From contig CAVVUN010000001.1 of NCBI GenBank assembly GCA_963751455.1, forward strand, positions 448,001-512,000: a DNA stretch of 64,000 bases, given 5' to 3'. The notes beneath the pieces are model-generated. The model was not told the DNA's origin, ran no database searches, and saw nothing but the letters and a program-made list of their open reading frames with translations. Within the stretch, counting starts at the first letter, position 1. Every line of letters begins with the position of its first letter. The stretch is from Nitrospirota bacterium (lineage in GTDB: Bacteria; Nitrospirota; UBA9217). Shown in pieces: positions 49,564 through 58,932 of the stretch. The translations under genes and the position numbers were made by a program.

Positions 49564-49828
49564 TTGCCACGGATGAACACTGATGGCCACGGATGTTTAA
49601 TTTAAAAAATTATTGGTGGTTTCTATACAGTCGTAACAAGTCGAAAACCACCAGTTTTGTCATTTCGAGCGGAGCGAGAAATCTTGCTTTTCCAATCGGA
49701 TGAAAGACCTCTCACTTCGGTTCGAGGTGACACATCCGGGCTTTTACGAAAACATCATACCTAAGACATACAATTTGCGGCTTATTCACTCGCTGTTAAT
49801 CCGTGTTATCCGTGTAGATCCGTGGCAA
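49564..49828. repeat. 9-mer-repeat inverted element containing a decayed MITE with a TGTC-type REP pair
   Basis: ttgccacggatgaacactgat / atccgtgtagatccgtggcaa; internal tcgtaacaagtc...cttttacgaaaacatca; REP at 49658-49732. Confidence 0.75.
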
Positions 49829-49840
49829 GTAATCTTTACT

Positions 49841-51406
49841 TTATCCTAATTGAATCTTCTTAGTGCGAATAAAATCCAGATCCCTCGAGAACAGATCCCT
49901 GATATCCTGTATCCCCAGGGCCACCATTGCCATGCGGTCGAGCCCCAGCCCCCACGCGATGACGGGAACATTCACGCCAAGCGGCACCGTGACCTCCGGC
50001 CGAAACATGCCGGCTCCACCCAACTCCATCCAGCCCAGTTCGGGATGCTTCACATGCAGCTCAACCGAAGGTTCCGTAAAAGGAAAGTAGGCCGGACGGA
50101 ACTGAAACTCCCCTGCTCTGGCAATCTCCTGGCCGAAAAGTTTGAGCAGCCCAAGCAGCGTTTTGAAGTTAATGTCTTCACCGACAACGATTCCTTCAAC
50201 CTGGTAGAAGTCGGGGGCATGCGTTGCATCTACAGCGTCATACCGGAAGCAGCGGGCAATCGAAAAATATTTTCCAGGTATCTTCGGCCCAGCTGCAAGG
50301 GTGCGGGCTGATACCGCAGTGCCCTGGCTGCGCAAGATCAGCCTCTTGGACCTCTCGAAGTCGAAAGGATAGCGCCACCCGGTCGAACCGGTCTTGCCGC
50401 CGTTCTTGTGGGCGGCCGCTACCTGCTTGCCAAAAGGCTCTTCAATCCTGCTGCTATACGCAGGTTCTTTCACGAAATACACGTCATGGATGTTCCTGGC
50501 AGGATGGAACTGCGGCATGTACAGGGCGTCCATGTCCCAGAACTCGTTCTCCACGAGCGGGCCGCGCATTTCCTCAAAGCCCATGCCGATGAACTTGTAC
50601 TTTACAAAATCGAGAAATTCCTTATACGGGTGCTTTTTGCCGATACTCTGCCTCGGCGGCTTGAGTGAGATGTTGTACGCACGGAATTTCTTGTTCTTCC
50701 ACGACCCGGACTTGAGCAAGTCAGGCGTTACTGCCGATTCTTCTTCAGCTACTGCGCCGCGCTCCTTCAGAAGACGAAGCAGCTCTTTTCCATCTGTTGT
50801 CAGGCTGTATAAACGGTTTTTCTTCTCAGTGATGCGGAAGATGCCCTTTGCTTTCCCACGCTTATGGAAGTTCTCCTGAATGACTGCTTGTTTCTCTTTC
50901 GGAAATCCCGATAGAGAGATGGAAGGGCCGGCTGCTGCGTCTTTGATGACTTCTGCCACAAAATCATAGCGGCTCAAATCGGAATCTTTATTCAGCTCAA
51001 GCACACCGCCCTGGATGATTCTTATCACTCCGTTGTTCTTAAGTTCTCCTGTAGCGGAGCTGACCTCCGTGGGCTCCATGCCCCAGGACTGGATTACGTC
51101 CTTGACCGTGAATTGTTTTCCTTCCTTGAGCGCATTGATGATGCGCATCTCAGGCGTGCCTTTTCCGAGGTATTCCGTGCCGGTTTCAGTGAGAGAAACA
51201 GAGGAGGTAACCGACTCATCTTTAACATCGAGCAGCCCTTTCGGCTGGAGCCACCCCGAAGCCATATCCAGTCGGGATTCATCCAGTCCGGATGCCGCCA
51301 ACAGGTCCTGCGAAGATAAAACAGGGGCGCGGTCGAAGCTGAGGATCACTTTGTATTCAAGCGGATGGAGACTTTCGAGCAGTTTTATAAGGTCTTCTGT
51401 AGCCAT
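49841..51406 (-). CDS. pheS: Phenylalanyl-tRNA synthetase alpha subunit, long archaeal/eukaryotic type
   Basis: N-terminal extension, LKSGSWK..FR.YN, FW..DAL..PQ.HPAR, DATH..F.Q.EG, YFPFTEPS, WGLG.DR; 521 aa. Confidence 0.93.
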   Translation of the reverse strand: MATEDLIKLLESLHPLEYKVILSFDRAPVLSSQDLLAASGLDESRLDMASGWLQPKGLLDVKDESVTSSVSLTETGTEYLGKGTPEMRIINALKEGKQFTVKDVIQSWGMEPTEVSSATGELKNNGVIRIIQGGVLELNKDSDLSRYDFVAEVIKDAAAGPSISLSGFPKEKQAVIQENFHKRGKAKGIFRITEKKNRLYSLTTDGKELLRLLKERGAVAEEESAVTPDLLKSGSWKNKKFRAYNISLKPPRQSIGKKHPYKEFLDFVKYKFIGMGFEEMRGPLVENEFWDMDALYMPQFHPARNIHDVYFVKEPAYSSRIEEPFGKQVAAAHKNGGKTGSTGWRYPFDFERSKRLILRSQGTAVSARTLAAGPKIPGKYFSIARCFRYDAVDATHAPDFYQVEGIVVGEDINFKTLLGLLKLFGQEIARAGEFQFRPAYFPFTEPSVELHVKHPELGWMELGGAGMFRPEVTVPLGVNVPVIAWGLGLDRMAMVALGIQDIRDLFSRDLDFIRTKKIQLG

Positions 51407-51494
51407 AAGATGCGGTCAAGATTACGTTGATTGAAAATATTTGTCAAGAAAAAACACATTGACGACGCTCAAGGCAGTGTGTTAAGGTACGCGC

Positions 51495-51905
51495 ATGGGA
51501 AGTATGAAAATCAAACCGAGATTAAGCTACTTGTTGTTATGCGACGACGTGCGGCAGGAACTTGGCGGCAAGTTCAGCCTGATGGGCTTGTTCGAGAATA
51601 TCTACGCGAATTCCTTCCCGGCCGTCCATCCGCGCTTTGCAATAGTGAGCGAATGGACCAGCGGCAAGGGCGAATTCAGTGTGAAGATCCGCCTCCTCTC
51701 GCCGAACAAGCAGGAGGTCCTTTCGGAATCGGAGTCGAAAATAAGCCTCTACAGCGAAACCCAGCGGCATAGGGACATCTCGATCCGGTTCAACACTACC
51801 TTCAGCGTACAGGGTACATACTGGATTGAGACCCTGCTCGATGGTGAACGCGTCAGTCTCGTGGGGCTTCCCCTCCAGACAGTTTCCGATAAGAACGTAC
51901 ACTGA
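51495..51905 (+). CDS. Conserved hypothetical protein (DUF6941-like)
   Basis: LLCDDVRQE.GGK.SL.G.F, G.YWIE..LDGE. Confidence 0.65.
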   Translation: MGSMKIKPRLSYLLLCDDVRQELGGKFSLMGLFENIYANSFPAVHPRFAIVSEWTSGKGEFSVKIRLLSPNKQEVLSESESKISLYSETQRHRDISIRFNTTFSVQGTYWIETLLDGERVSLVGLPLQTVSDKNVH

Positions 51906-52089
51906 TCACAAAACAATCTAATCCAAAAACCTTTTAACCACGGAGAACTGAGAGCACGAAGAAGTTCAGAATCAGATTTATTTGCGCTTTTTGTTTATGC
52001 CCGCGTTTTGGCAACAGCAGGGTATGCATCTTTGCGGCAATGTCTCCTGCATTTTTTAATCTAAACTGCTGATTCTTGTAGCGGGCTTC

Positions 52090-52743
52090 CTACTCGATTG
52101 TAATGAACGGAGAGACGCCTGCCTTCGCCCGGAGTTCTTTCTGAAGTTTTTCCGCTGCCGCCTTGTTCGAAAAACTGCCGACCCTTACCCGGTACCATGT
52201 ACCCTTGCCCTCAAGCTGTGAGGTCACAACAAAAGCGGAATAGCCGCGCTGCTTCATCTTTTTTACGTCCTCTGCGGCCATCTGCTTCTCCTGGTATGAA
52301 GAGATCTGAAGCGTGTACCGAAGCTTGGAATTCGGGCTTTCCGGTTTCTTCGGTTGGGCCGCTGGCTTTGGCGTTCCTGGTTTCGCTGCCTGCGCTATGT
52401 CCTTTTCAGTTTTAACTTCAACTTGTTTAGGTTGGACTTTATCGGGTTTCAGCTCAATCGCCTTTTTTTCCACTGGCTTTTCAGCGGCTGGTTTAGGTTT
52501 AAGTTCTATTGAAACCGTCCTTTCCTGCTTATCGGACAGCGTTTTATAGAATGTAAAGTCTTCCTGCTTCTGCGGATTTTTGGGCTCAATGTCGGGCAGT
52601 GGAATAGCCGTTTCAGCCTGCATCACCGGCTTGCCGTGGTATTTGCCGACATAGTAGCCGAGAGCAAAAAAACCTGCCATAACCGCCAGCGCGACAGGAA
52701 TGAGGAATATACTGGATATGATTCCGCCTCGTTGATTGTTCAT
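52090..52743 (-). CDS. SPOR-domain membrane-anchored protein (FtsN/DedD-like)
   Basis: TM helix, FTFYKTL, Pro/Lys linker, YTLQISSY..WYRVRVGSF. Confidence 0.85.
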   Translation of the reverse strand: MNNQRGGIISSIFLIPVALAVMAGFFALGYYVGKYHGKPVMQAETAIPLPDIEPKNPQKQEDFTFYKTLSDKQERTVSIELKPKPAAEKPVEKKAIELKPDKVQPKQVEVKTEKDIAQAAKPGTPKPAAQPKKPESPNSKLRYTLQISSYQEKQMAAEDVKKMKQRGYSAFVVTSQLEGKGTWYRVRVGSFSNKAAAEKLQKELRAKAGVSPFITIE

Positions 52744-52759
52744 AATTCTCCCAAAGCTC

Positions 52760-52835
52760 CAGGATACACAATGCACGATCCATCATAGCTGCTTTTTACA
52801 TGCATCATGCATCATGAATCCTGCATCCTGCATCT
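52760..52835. repeat. Inverted heptamer-repeat hairpin (TGCATCM family)
   Basis: gatacac aatgcac gatcca versus tgcatca tgcatca tgaatcc tgcatcc tgcatc. Confidence 0.75.
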
Positions 52836-52839
52836 CGAT

Positions 52840-53883
52840 TTAAAGTATCATCATCGCATCGCCATAACTGTAAAAACGGTACTTCTCGGAAACCGCGGTC
52901 CGGTACGCGGATAGAATCTGTTCCCTGCCCGTAAATGCCGCTACCAGCATCAGCAACGTCGACTTCGGCAGATGGAAATTTGTGATGATGGCGTCCGTTA
53001 TCTTGAAGCAATATCCGGGGTAAACGAACAATTCGGAGCTACCCGCCCCCGATTGTACCGTGTTATTCCGTCCCGCGGCGCTTTCTATTGTGCGAACGCT
53101 TGTGGTGCCTATAGCGACAACACGCCTTCCCTCAGCCTTCGCCCGATTTATCGCCGCAGCCGCCTGTTCCGATATTTGATAGCGTTCCGGAAGCATCCGG
53201 TGATCTGCGACCATCTCCGTTTTGACCGGCTGGAACGTACCGGGTCCCACATGAAGCGTGATTTCAGCAGATTCGATTCCTTTCACTTTCAATCTCGAGA
53301 GCAGGTCGGGTGTAAAGTGAAGTCCTGCCGTAGGGGCAGCGACCGCGCCTTCATGCGCGGCATACACCGTTTGATAACGCTCGTGATCTTCACGGGAAGG
53401 TTCGCGTTTGATATAAGGGGGAAGCGGGGTCCTGCCGACCTTCGAGAGCTCCTGCTTGATATCAACAGAGCCGTAAAATCGAACGTCTTTCGTGCCGTCC
53501 CCGTTATCGGCAATGATCTCGCCGGATATCCGGGAATCAATCGTCAGTGTTTTTCCGGTTCTTGTTTCCCCCTTGGTGAGCGCATTCCAGACATTAATTC
53601 CGCGTTCAAACAAAAGAAATATCTCAGCTTTGCCTCCTCCCGGCTTTATTGCAGGAAGTCTGCAAGGAAATACTTTTGTGTTGTTGAGAACAAGAAGATC
53701 GCCGGGAATGAGATAGTTTTCAATACCGGAAAAGTTCCGGTGCTCCATCGTCTCAGTTCCCCGCTTCAGGACCATGAGACGCGATCGGTCACGCACGGAG
53801 CAGGGCTGCTGCGCTATCAGGGATTCAGGGAGGTCAAAATCGAAATCGGAAAGCCTGAGGGATTCCGTAACTGGAGTGATCAT
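52840..53883 (-). CDS. queA: S-adenosylmethionine:tRNA ribosyltransferase-isomerase
   Basis: LIAQ.P, PLPPYI.R, YQTVYA, AAPTAGLHFT, TNFHLP.STL, YRFYSYGDAM. Confidence 0.97.
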   Translation of the reverse strand: MITPVTESLRLSDFDFDLPESLIAQQPCSVRDRSRLMVLKRGTETMEHRNFSGIENYLIPGDLLVLNNTKVFPCRLPAIKPGGGKAEIFLLFERGINVWNALTKGETRTGKTLTIDSRISGEIIADNGDGTKDVRFYGSVDIKQELSKVGRTPLPPYIKREPSREDHERYQTVYAAHEGAVAAPTAGLHFTPDLLSRLKVKGIESAEITLHVGPGTFQPVKTEMVADHRMLPERYQISEQAAAAINRAKAEGRRVVAIGTTSVRTIESAAGRNNTVQSGAGSSELFVYPGYCFKITDAIITNFHLPKSTLLMLVAAFTGREQILSAYRTAVSEKYRFYSYGDAMMIL

Positions 53884-54045
53884 GGAGCGATATTACCACA
53901 ACATGAACGAAATTCCAATTAACAACTGTAGAGAGTACACCTATTACTGTGCAATTCCAGTCAGAGGAGACCAATTGACAAATACTGGTTGTAACTTGCA
54001 CGCGCGTGTGAGGGGCCGGGCGGGTTCTTCGCCCGCGACCCTCTT

Positions 54046-56178
54046 CCGTAGGAGCAGCGGTTGCCCGCCGCTCCCCCCACAGATCCGGACGTGCCTAATT
54101 AGGGCATCCGGTTCTTCAGTCGCTACGAGCCTTAGCCCGTGTCGAACCAAACAGGCGTCCCCGTTTGGCGCATAACTTTTGCTGTCCGTGGCTCGGTCAG
54201 ATGTTGTGGATGAGCCTGGGCTTCGGAAGCGGATACGCTTTCCGAAAGACTTTGTCAAACGTCTCGACGTTCACATAGCTTCTATTGCTGCGCCTGCTAA
54301 GCCAGTATCGCCAGGCACGCTCGATATGCTCGAAAACGACTTCGAGCATTTTGTAATTGCCCCGGATGCCGTAGTACTGGTAATAGCCGCGCAGCTTGGA
54401 GCGGAGCATACCGTGTTGCTCCTTTACAGGGTCATGCCGGTTTTCACGGCACCACTCCCATATGGCTTTCATGAATCTTCGGAGACGCTTGCCGATGGTT
54501 TTACGCTTAATAACCCAGTATCCACTAAGTGCTTTCGCCCAGTAATGGGTGAATCCGAGAAAGTCGAATGTCCCGTTTTCCTTTTCCGTCTCCTCTTTCG
54601 GGGACGGCTGGATAAACCGAACCAGTTTCGTCTTTTCGGGATGAACGGTCAGGTTGTAACGGCCGAACCGTTTCAGCAGGACTTCCAGCACTCGGCGGGC
54701 GTCGGCTTCTTGCTCGAAACCGATGATAAAATCATCGGCATACCGAATCAGAAAGCTCTTTCCCTTGAGGCGTGGCTGCACGTCCTGTACGAACCATTCA
54801 TCCAGCACGTAGTGCAGGAATATATTGGCAAGCATCGGCGATGCTACCCCGCCCTGCGGCGTGCCTTTGTCGGGGTAGATCATTTCACCGGCGTCAAGCA
54901 CTCCGGCATTGAGCCACTTGCCGATGAGCCTTAATATTCCTCCATCCTTCACTTTCTTCTCGATGAAGCTCCTGAGAAGACCGTGATTGATGGTATCGAA
55001 AAATCCGCTTACATCCGCATCCACTATCCAGTTGATGTTCAGCTTTATGCACTGCTCTCGTAGCTCCCGTATCGCCTGATGCTGACTGTGACCTTTTCTG
55101 AAGCCGGGAGAGAACGGGTGGAATAGCGGCTCGAAAATAGTCCCCAGGATCATTACCACCGCTCGTTGGACGATTTTGTCCTCGTAGCAGGGTTTGCCTA
55201 TGGGTCTCTTCTTTCCGCCTTCCTTTTCGATCCATACCCGTTCGACGGGTGGCGCCACGTAACGGTTTGATTTGAGCCGTTCGTGCAGTTCCCGGAGGTT
55301 TGCGTCAAGGTCTTCGGCATATTGCTTTGCCGTGACCTTGTCAATTTCCGGAGCGCTGCTTCTGCTCGTCCGTCGGTAGGCTTCCGATAGAAGGTCGTAG
55401 TCTATCAAATGATACAGGTTGTTGAACACCATCTCCGGATAGTTCCGTGCCTGTTCCGCAATCTTCTGAAGTTTCGGTGATATGATTGGCGATCCCGGAG
55501 TATCTCTCATAGTTCCTTCCAGAAGACGTTATGCCCGGCCTCTCCTTCCCTTGAGTGGGTCCCTTGGACCTCGGTTCCCCACCTTCCCAGCCTCCGGATA
55601 TTTTCGGGGCCATCGGTACTATGATCGGCTAAGATTGCCTGACGCCCGTCTCACAGCGCTTCGCTTGCCGCTGGCGCTGCGATACCATGCTTTGCTCTCT
55701 GGTTTCGCTCGTCGGCAATAGAGAGCGCATTGCCGACGCCGTGGACTTTGTTCCCCCGGTGTCCTTCCGGCCATTCAGCATGGAGACATCCGGCCCTCCC
55801 AAGTCTCCGAGTTATCCCCTTGTGTGCGTGCCACGATCTAAGACCCCGGTGGTGTCCTCTCGGCTCGCCATAGCGCCTTCAAGGACTGTTGCCTTCCGCT
55901 GCGTCGAGTACGTCGGCTTTCCCTCCTATATTTTGGAGGTTATCCTACTGACCACAACCATACCTATTTCGGGATTCAATAACACGGCCCGCATACTTGC
56001 TCCACCCAGCTTTAATACCTTCCCTCACGAGAACGCACCTGGGCTTCGCTACCGACCTGCCGGCTCAGCTTTAGTCGGATGGGACTTGCGTCGCTTCGAC
56101 TCGCACCCACTGGATAACAATGACAGATTTCGTAGGATCGCTCCTATTCCCGCTGCCTCGGATTTATCTTGGCGCTAC
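54046..56178 (-). mobile_element. Group II intron (bacterial class E-like); boundaries approximate
   Basis: Domain V GAACCGGATGC...GCACGTCCGGATC and domain VI GGAGCGGCGG-GCAA-CCGCTGCTCCTAC after the ORF; 5' end GTAGCGCC (variant of GTGCG). Confidence 0.85.
54197..55510 (-). CDS. ltrA: Group II intron reverse transcriptase/maturase without endonuclease domain
   Basis: RPIG.P..EDKIVQ, GTPQGG..SP.LANI.L, RYADD, FDFLGFTHYW, GYYQYY. Confidence 0.95.
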   Translation of the reverse strand: MRDTPGSPIISPKLQKIAEQARNYPEMVFNNLYHLIDYDLLSEAYRRTSRSSAPEIDKVTAKQYAEDLDANLRELHERLKSNRYVAPPVERVWIEKEGGKKRPIGKPCYEDKIVQRAVVMILGTIFEPLFHPFSPGFRKGHSQHQAIRELREQCIKLNINWIVDADVSGFFDTINHGLLRSFIEKKVKDGGILRLIGKWLNAGVLDAGEMIYPDKGTPQGGVASPMLANIFLHYVLDEWFVQDVQPRLKGKSFLIRYADDFIIGFEQEADARRVLEVLLKRFGRYNLTVHPEKTKLVRFIQPSPKEETEKENGTFDFLGFTHYWAKALSGYWVIKRKTIGKRLRRFMKAIWEWCRENRHDPVKEQHGMLRSKLRGYYQYYGIRGNYKMLEVVFEHIERAWRYWLSRRSNRSYVNVETFDKVFRKAYPLPKPRLIHNI

Positions 56179-56198
56179 GACGCGATGGTTGGAATTTA

Positions 56199-56420
56199 TC
56201 AGGCAGGGGCTTTGGTCAGCTTCTTCTGATGTTTTATGACGGTAGACAATGAGCGGAGAGCTTGATTGACGGAATCGTGATCAGGGAAATATTTTGCGAC
56301 ATCGGGTTCAATTACAACCACATTTGTTCCGGCAGCGTATCGCTTCGTATATTTCCCGCGAACTCCCTTGCTGAAGTCATACTCTTCAAGCATGTCTGGA
56401 TCTTTTTGCATTTTCTTCAT
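56199..56420 (-). CDS. BrnA-like antitoxin
   Basis: DMLEEYDFSKGVRGKY..V.IEPDV...F.....VN.ALR. Confidence 0.75.
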   Translation of the reverse strand: MKKMQKDPDMLEEYDFSKGVRGKYTKRYAAGTNVVVIEPDVAKYFPDHDSVNQALRSLSTVIKHQKKLTKAPA

Positions 56421-56682
56421 AGGTTTCTCTTTCATGTTTTGTCGCCTTTCTCGCGCTGATCAGACGTATTTTATCACCCCGCTCCGTATGCGCTACGACC
56501 AGTAGCCGATCCTGATGCGAGTTGCCGATGAGTATCAGGCGGTCTTCATCGGCGGAATGAAGCGGGTCGAAGATCGTCAATGACATAGTATCTTTGAAAG
56601 CTGTGCTGGCCTCATCAAAGGTAATGCCATGAACTCGAACATTTCTTTTTGCCTTTATCGGGTCCCATTCAAAGGAAAGCAT
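56386..56682 (-). CDS. BrnT-family ribonuclease toxin
   Basis: FEWD..K...N...HGI.F.EA, HS..EDR, IRLISARKA..ER..YE. Confidence 0.9.
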   Translation of the reverse strand: MLSFEWDPIKAKRNVRVHGITFDEASTAFKDTMSLTIFDPLHSADEDRLILIGNSHQDRLLVVAHTERGDKIRLISARKATKHERETYEENAKRSRHA

Positions 56683-57640
56683 CGTCCACCGTATCTGGTA
56701 TTCGACTTACTGTAAATATTTTAACATATAAGATGAGGCGATAGGAAGTAATAATTTGATTAGGGTTGTAAAGGGAGGCGCGGCTGTTGGTCGCTCCGGT
56801 CGACGAGAGAACCTTTAGGGTCAAGTCTTTTTCGTTGCATTTTCGTATTCACGAAGCCAGCGGCTGATCGTCGAGTAGTGGACGGCCACATGGCGGGCTA
56901 GTTCACTCTGATGATAACCGTATTTTTCCACGGCCTCGGACACCTTTTTCATCAGTTTGCGATGATTGTTCATGACTGAGTCGGGCAGCAAAACGGCAAG
57001 CGACGGTCGAGTCGAATATCGCTGACTCCGGGGAATTTCGGGAATGTCCTTGTGTTTTTTGAGATAATCTGTAAGCTTATCTACGAAATCGTCCTCACCT
57101 AAAAGCGCTTGGCCTCGCACTTCCGTCCAGATCGTCTTCTTTCCGATACCCCACTGAACGAACTGGCGATACTCTTTTTCCGCTTTATCTCGTTTTCTGC
57201 TGAATTGACCGAGCACCCAGTCCTTTGTGAGGCAGGGATGAGGTTCTGCCTTACCCGCCGTCGCAAGGTAACTGGACCACTTCCAGTCTTCCGGCGCTTC
57301 GACCATCCTTGCTCTTACCGAATTTAGAACCACATATCGGCAGACCTCAAGGAGATGACTGTCTTTCTGGATCAAGATAGCCTTATACCGGCCCTGGAAT
57401 AAATGCCCGGACCTTCCGTGATACTTGTTGAAAAGTTGCGTATACACTCCGTTCAATTGGCGCATACCGAGAGAAAGATTGCCTTCCGGGGTCTCGATAA
57501 GAAGGTGGTAATGATTTGTCATGAGGCAATACGCATGACAGATCCAATTGTACCGCTTGTTGACGTGCTGGACCGTGTTCAGGAAGTTTTCGCGGTCCTG
57601 GTCGTTTTTGAATACGGGCTTCTTCTCATTGCCACGAGAA

Positions 57641-58258
57641 GTTATAACGCTCCCTCAAAGAGGGAGGCTTAACGGTTGTGAGCCGTCTCAAAGACGGCCG
57701 TTGCGTTGGTTGCTAGAACTTCCCTTCATCGCGATCATTGTCAGTCTTTTCTTGTTCAGCGATGTACTTTTTAATACGCTCAAGCTCAAAGCCTACGGTA
57801 GACGCCGCATAGCCTCTTGCCCAAAGATTCTCTCCGCTGAAATTTCGTTGCTTCCCTCCAAATTGTCTCGCCACGGCTATGGCACTCTTTCCTTTCAAAT
57901 AGCCGATCACTTCTGCAACCGCGAGCTTGGGCGGGATCGTGATGCACATGTGCACATGATCTTTTGCTATATGACCTGATTCTATTTCACATCCCTTTTG
58001 CCTGGCCAATTCGTGGAACGCACCTTTCAAATACTGCCGAATCTGGCCAAACAATGCCTTCTTCCTATACTTCGGCACAAACACTACATGATATTTACAA
58101 TCATACCGTGAATGTGCTAAATTCTTGTACTCACTCATATATTCCTCCTCTTTGTCCTTGGCAACCGTCAAGCCTCAGAGGAGGAATACATTACTTAATG
58201 CTGTGAGGTCAAACCTTTTCAAGTCTCACTGGTAAAACCAGTGGCTTACCTATTTTGA
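57641..58258 (-). mobile_element. IS200-type insertion sequence (tnpA only)
   Basis: Subterminal hairpins CACTGGTTTTACCAGTG and CTCCCTCTTTGAGGGAG; TAAC at both junctions. Confidence 0.88.
57713..58138 (-). CDS. tnpA: IS200/IS605 transposase TnpA
   Basis: YHVVF.PKYR, DHVH, KGKS, WARGY, YIAEQ. Confidence 0.95.
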   Translation of the reverse strand: MSEYKNLAHSRYDCKYHVVFVPKYRKKALFGQIRQYLKGAFHELARQKGCEIESGHIAKDHVHMCITIPPKLAVAEVIGYLKGKSAIAVARQFGGKQRNFSGENLWARGYAASTVGFELERIKKYIAEQEKTDNDRDEGKF

Positions 58259-58653
58259 GTTACGTGATAGACCGCACCGGCATATTCTATTCTTAGAGGT
58301 CGGGCCATGGGTCGACTGTAGCAGAAATCAGAATGAAATGCAACGAAAAAGACTTGACCCTAAAGGTTCCCTTGGAAATGAGAAGATGTACGTTTTTTGC
58401 TTTTTCTTATTTTTATTTTTTTAACCATACGAATTAGCCGACCGGCCCGGAGTCTGTCTGGTAGACGACTTCGAACGGGACAAGATGCTTTCCCCTGCCT
58501 TGCTGCTCACAAATTTTAGTGAAGTTCCCGCCCCCCAATGACAAAAGGCGACCGTATAGGAACAGGGTCGCCAGCGAATATTCAATTGCATACCGATAAA
58601 TCAGCGTTTTCTGCTACTAAGATAGGTCGAGTATAGCCACACCATATAGTGCT

Positions 58654-58790
58654 GTCAAGGTAGATACCCACGGGCTTACGCCCGTGGCACTTGAATTCAA
58701 AAGAAGCACCCCCTCCTAACTCCCCCTGAAGGAGGAGGGAAACAAGAGGGACGCATTCAACCACGGGCTAACGCCACGTGGTCTTCTGCT
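58654..58790. mobile_element. Non-autonomous IS200/IS605-like palindromic remnant
   Basis: Two hairpins, CCACGGGCTTACGCCCGTGG and CCACGGGCTAACGCCACGTGG, flank a CCCCCTCCTAACTCCCCCT repeat. Confidence 0.55.
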
Positions 58791-58863
58791 TCGTTTTGGA
58801 TAAAATTGGCACTACATTTAGTACAAAGTCACAAATGATTGTATATATTATATTTTTTCTTGC

Positions 58864-58930
58864 TTGATATGGTATATTATGTGTGTTATATTTCTCATTT
58901 CTTGAGAATTAAATCGCTCGTAATATACCA
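58864..58930 (+). promoter_or_regulatory. abiE promoter with long dyad operator
   Basis: TTGATA-N17-TATATT; 28-bp arms (22/28 complementary) at 58870-58897 and 58903-58930. Confidence 0.75.
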
Positions 58931-58932
58931 AA

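Larger units (their letters stand above)
56821..58308 (-). pseudogene. RAYT-like Y1 transposase with C-terminal HTH, interrupted by IS200
   Basis: MARPLRIEYAGAVYHV|TSRGN..YCLMTNHYHLL..GHLFQGRYK..RYV.LN..WSSY; frame restored by removing 57641-58258. Confidence 0.88.
56809..58369 (-). mobile_element. HUH/Y1 (RAYT/TIRYT-like) element bounded by 34-bp perfect TIRs
   Basis: GAACCTTTAGGGTCAAGTCTTTTTCGTTGCATTT (56809-56842) and its exact reverse complement (58336-58369). Confidence 0.88.

Noticed and set aside
52972-53922. 316-aa plus-strand ORF
   Set aside because: Antisense shadow of queA.
54179-56229. Plus-strand ORFs (251 and 180 aa) and a retron interpretation of the RT
   Set aside because: They are antisense to the intron RT and ribozyme; the RT has a maturase X domain and intron RNA domains, and no retron VTG motif.
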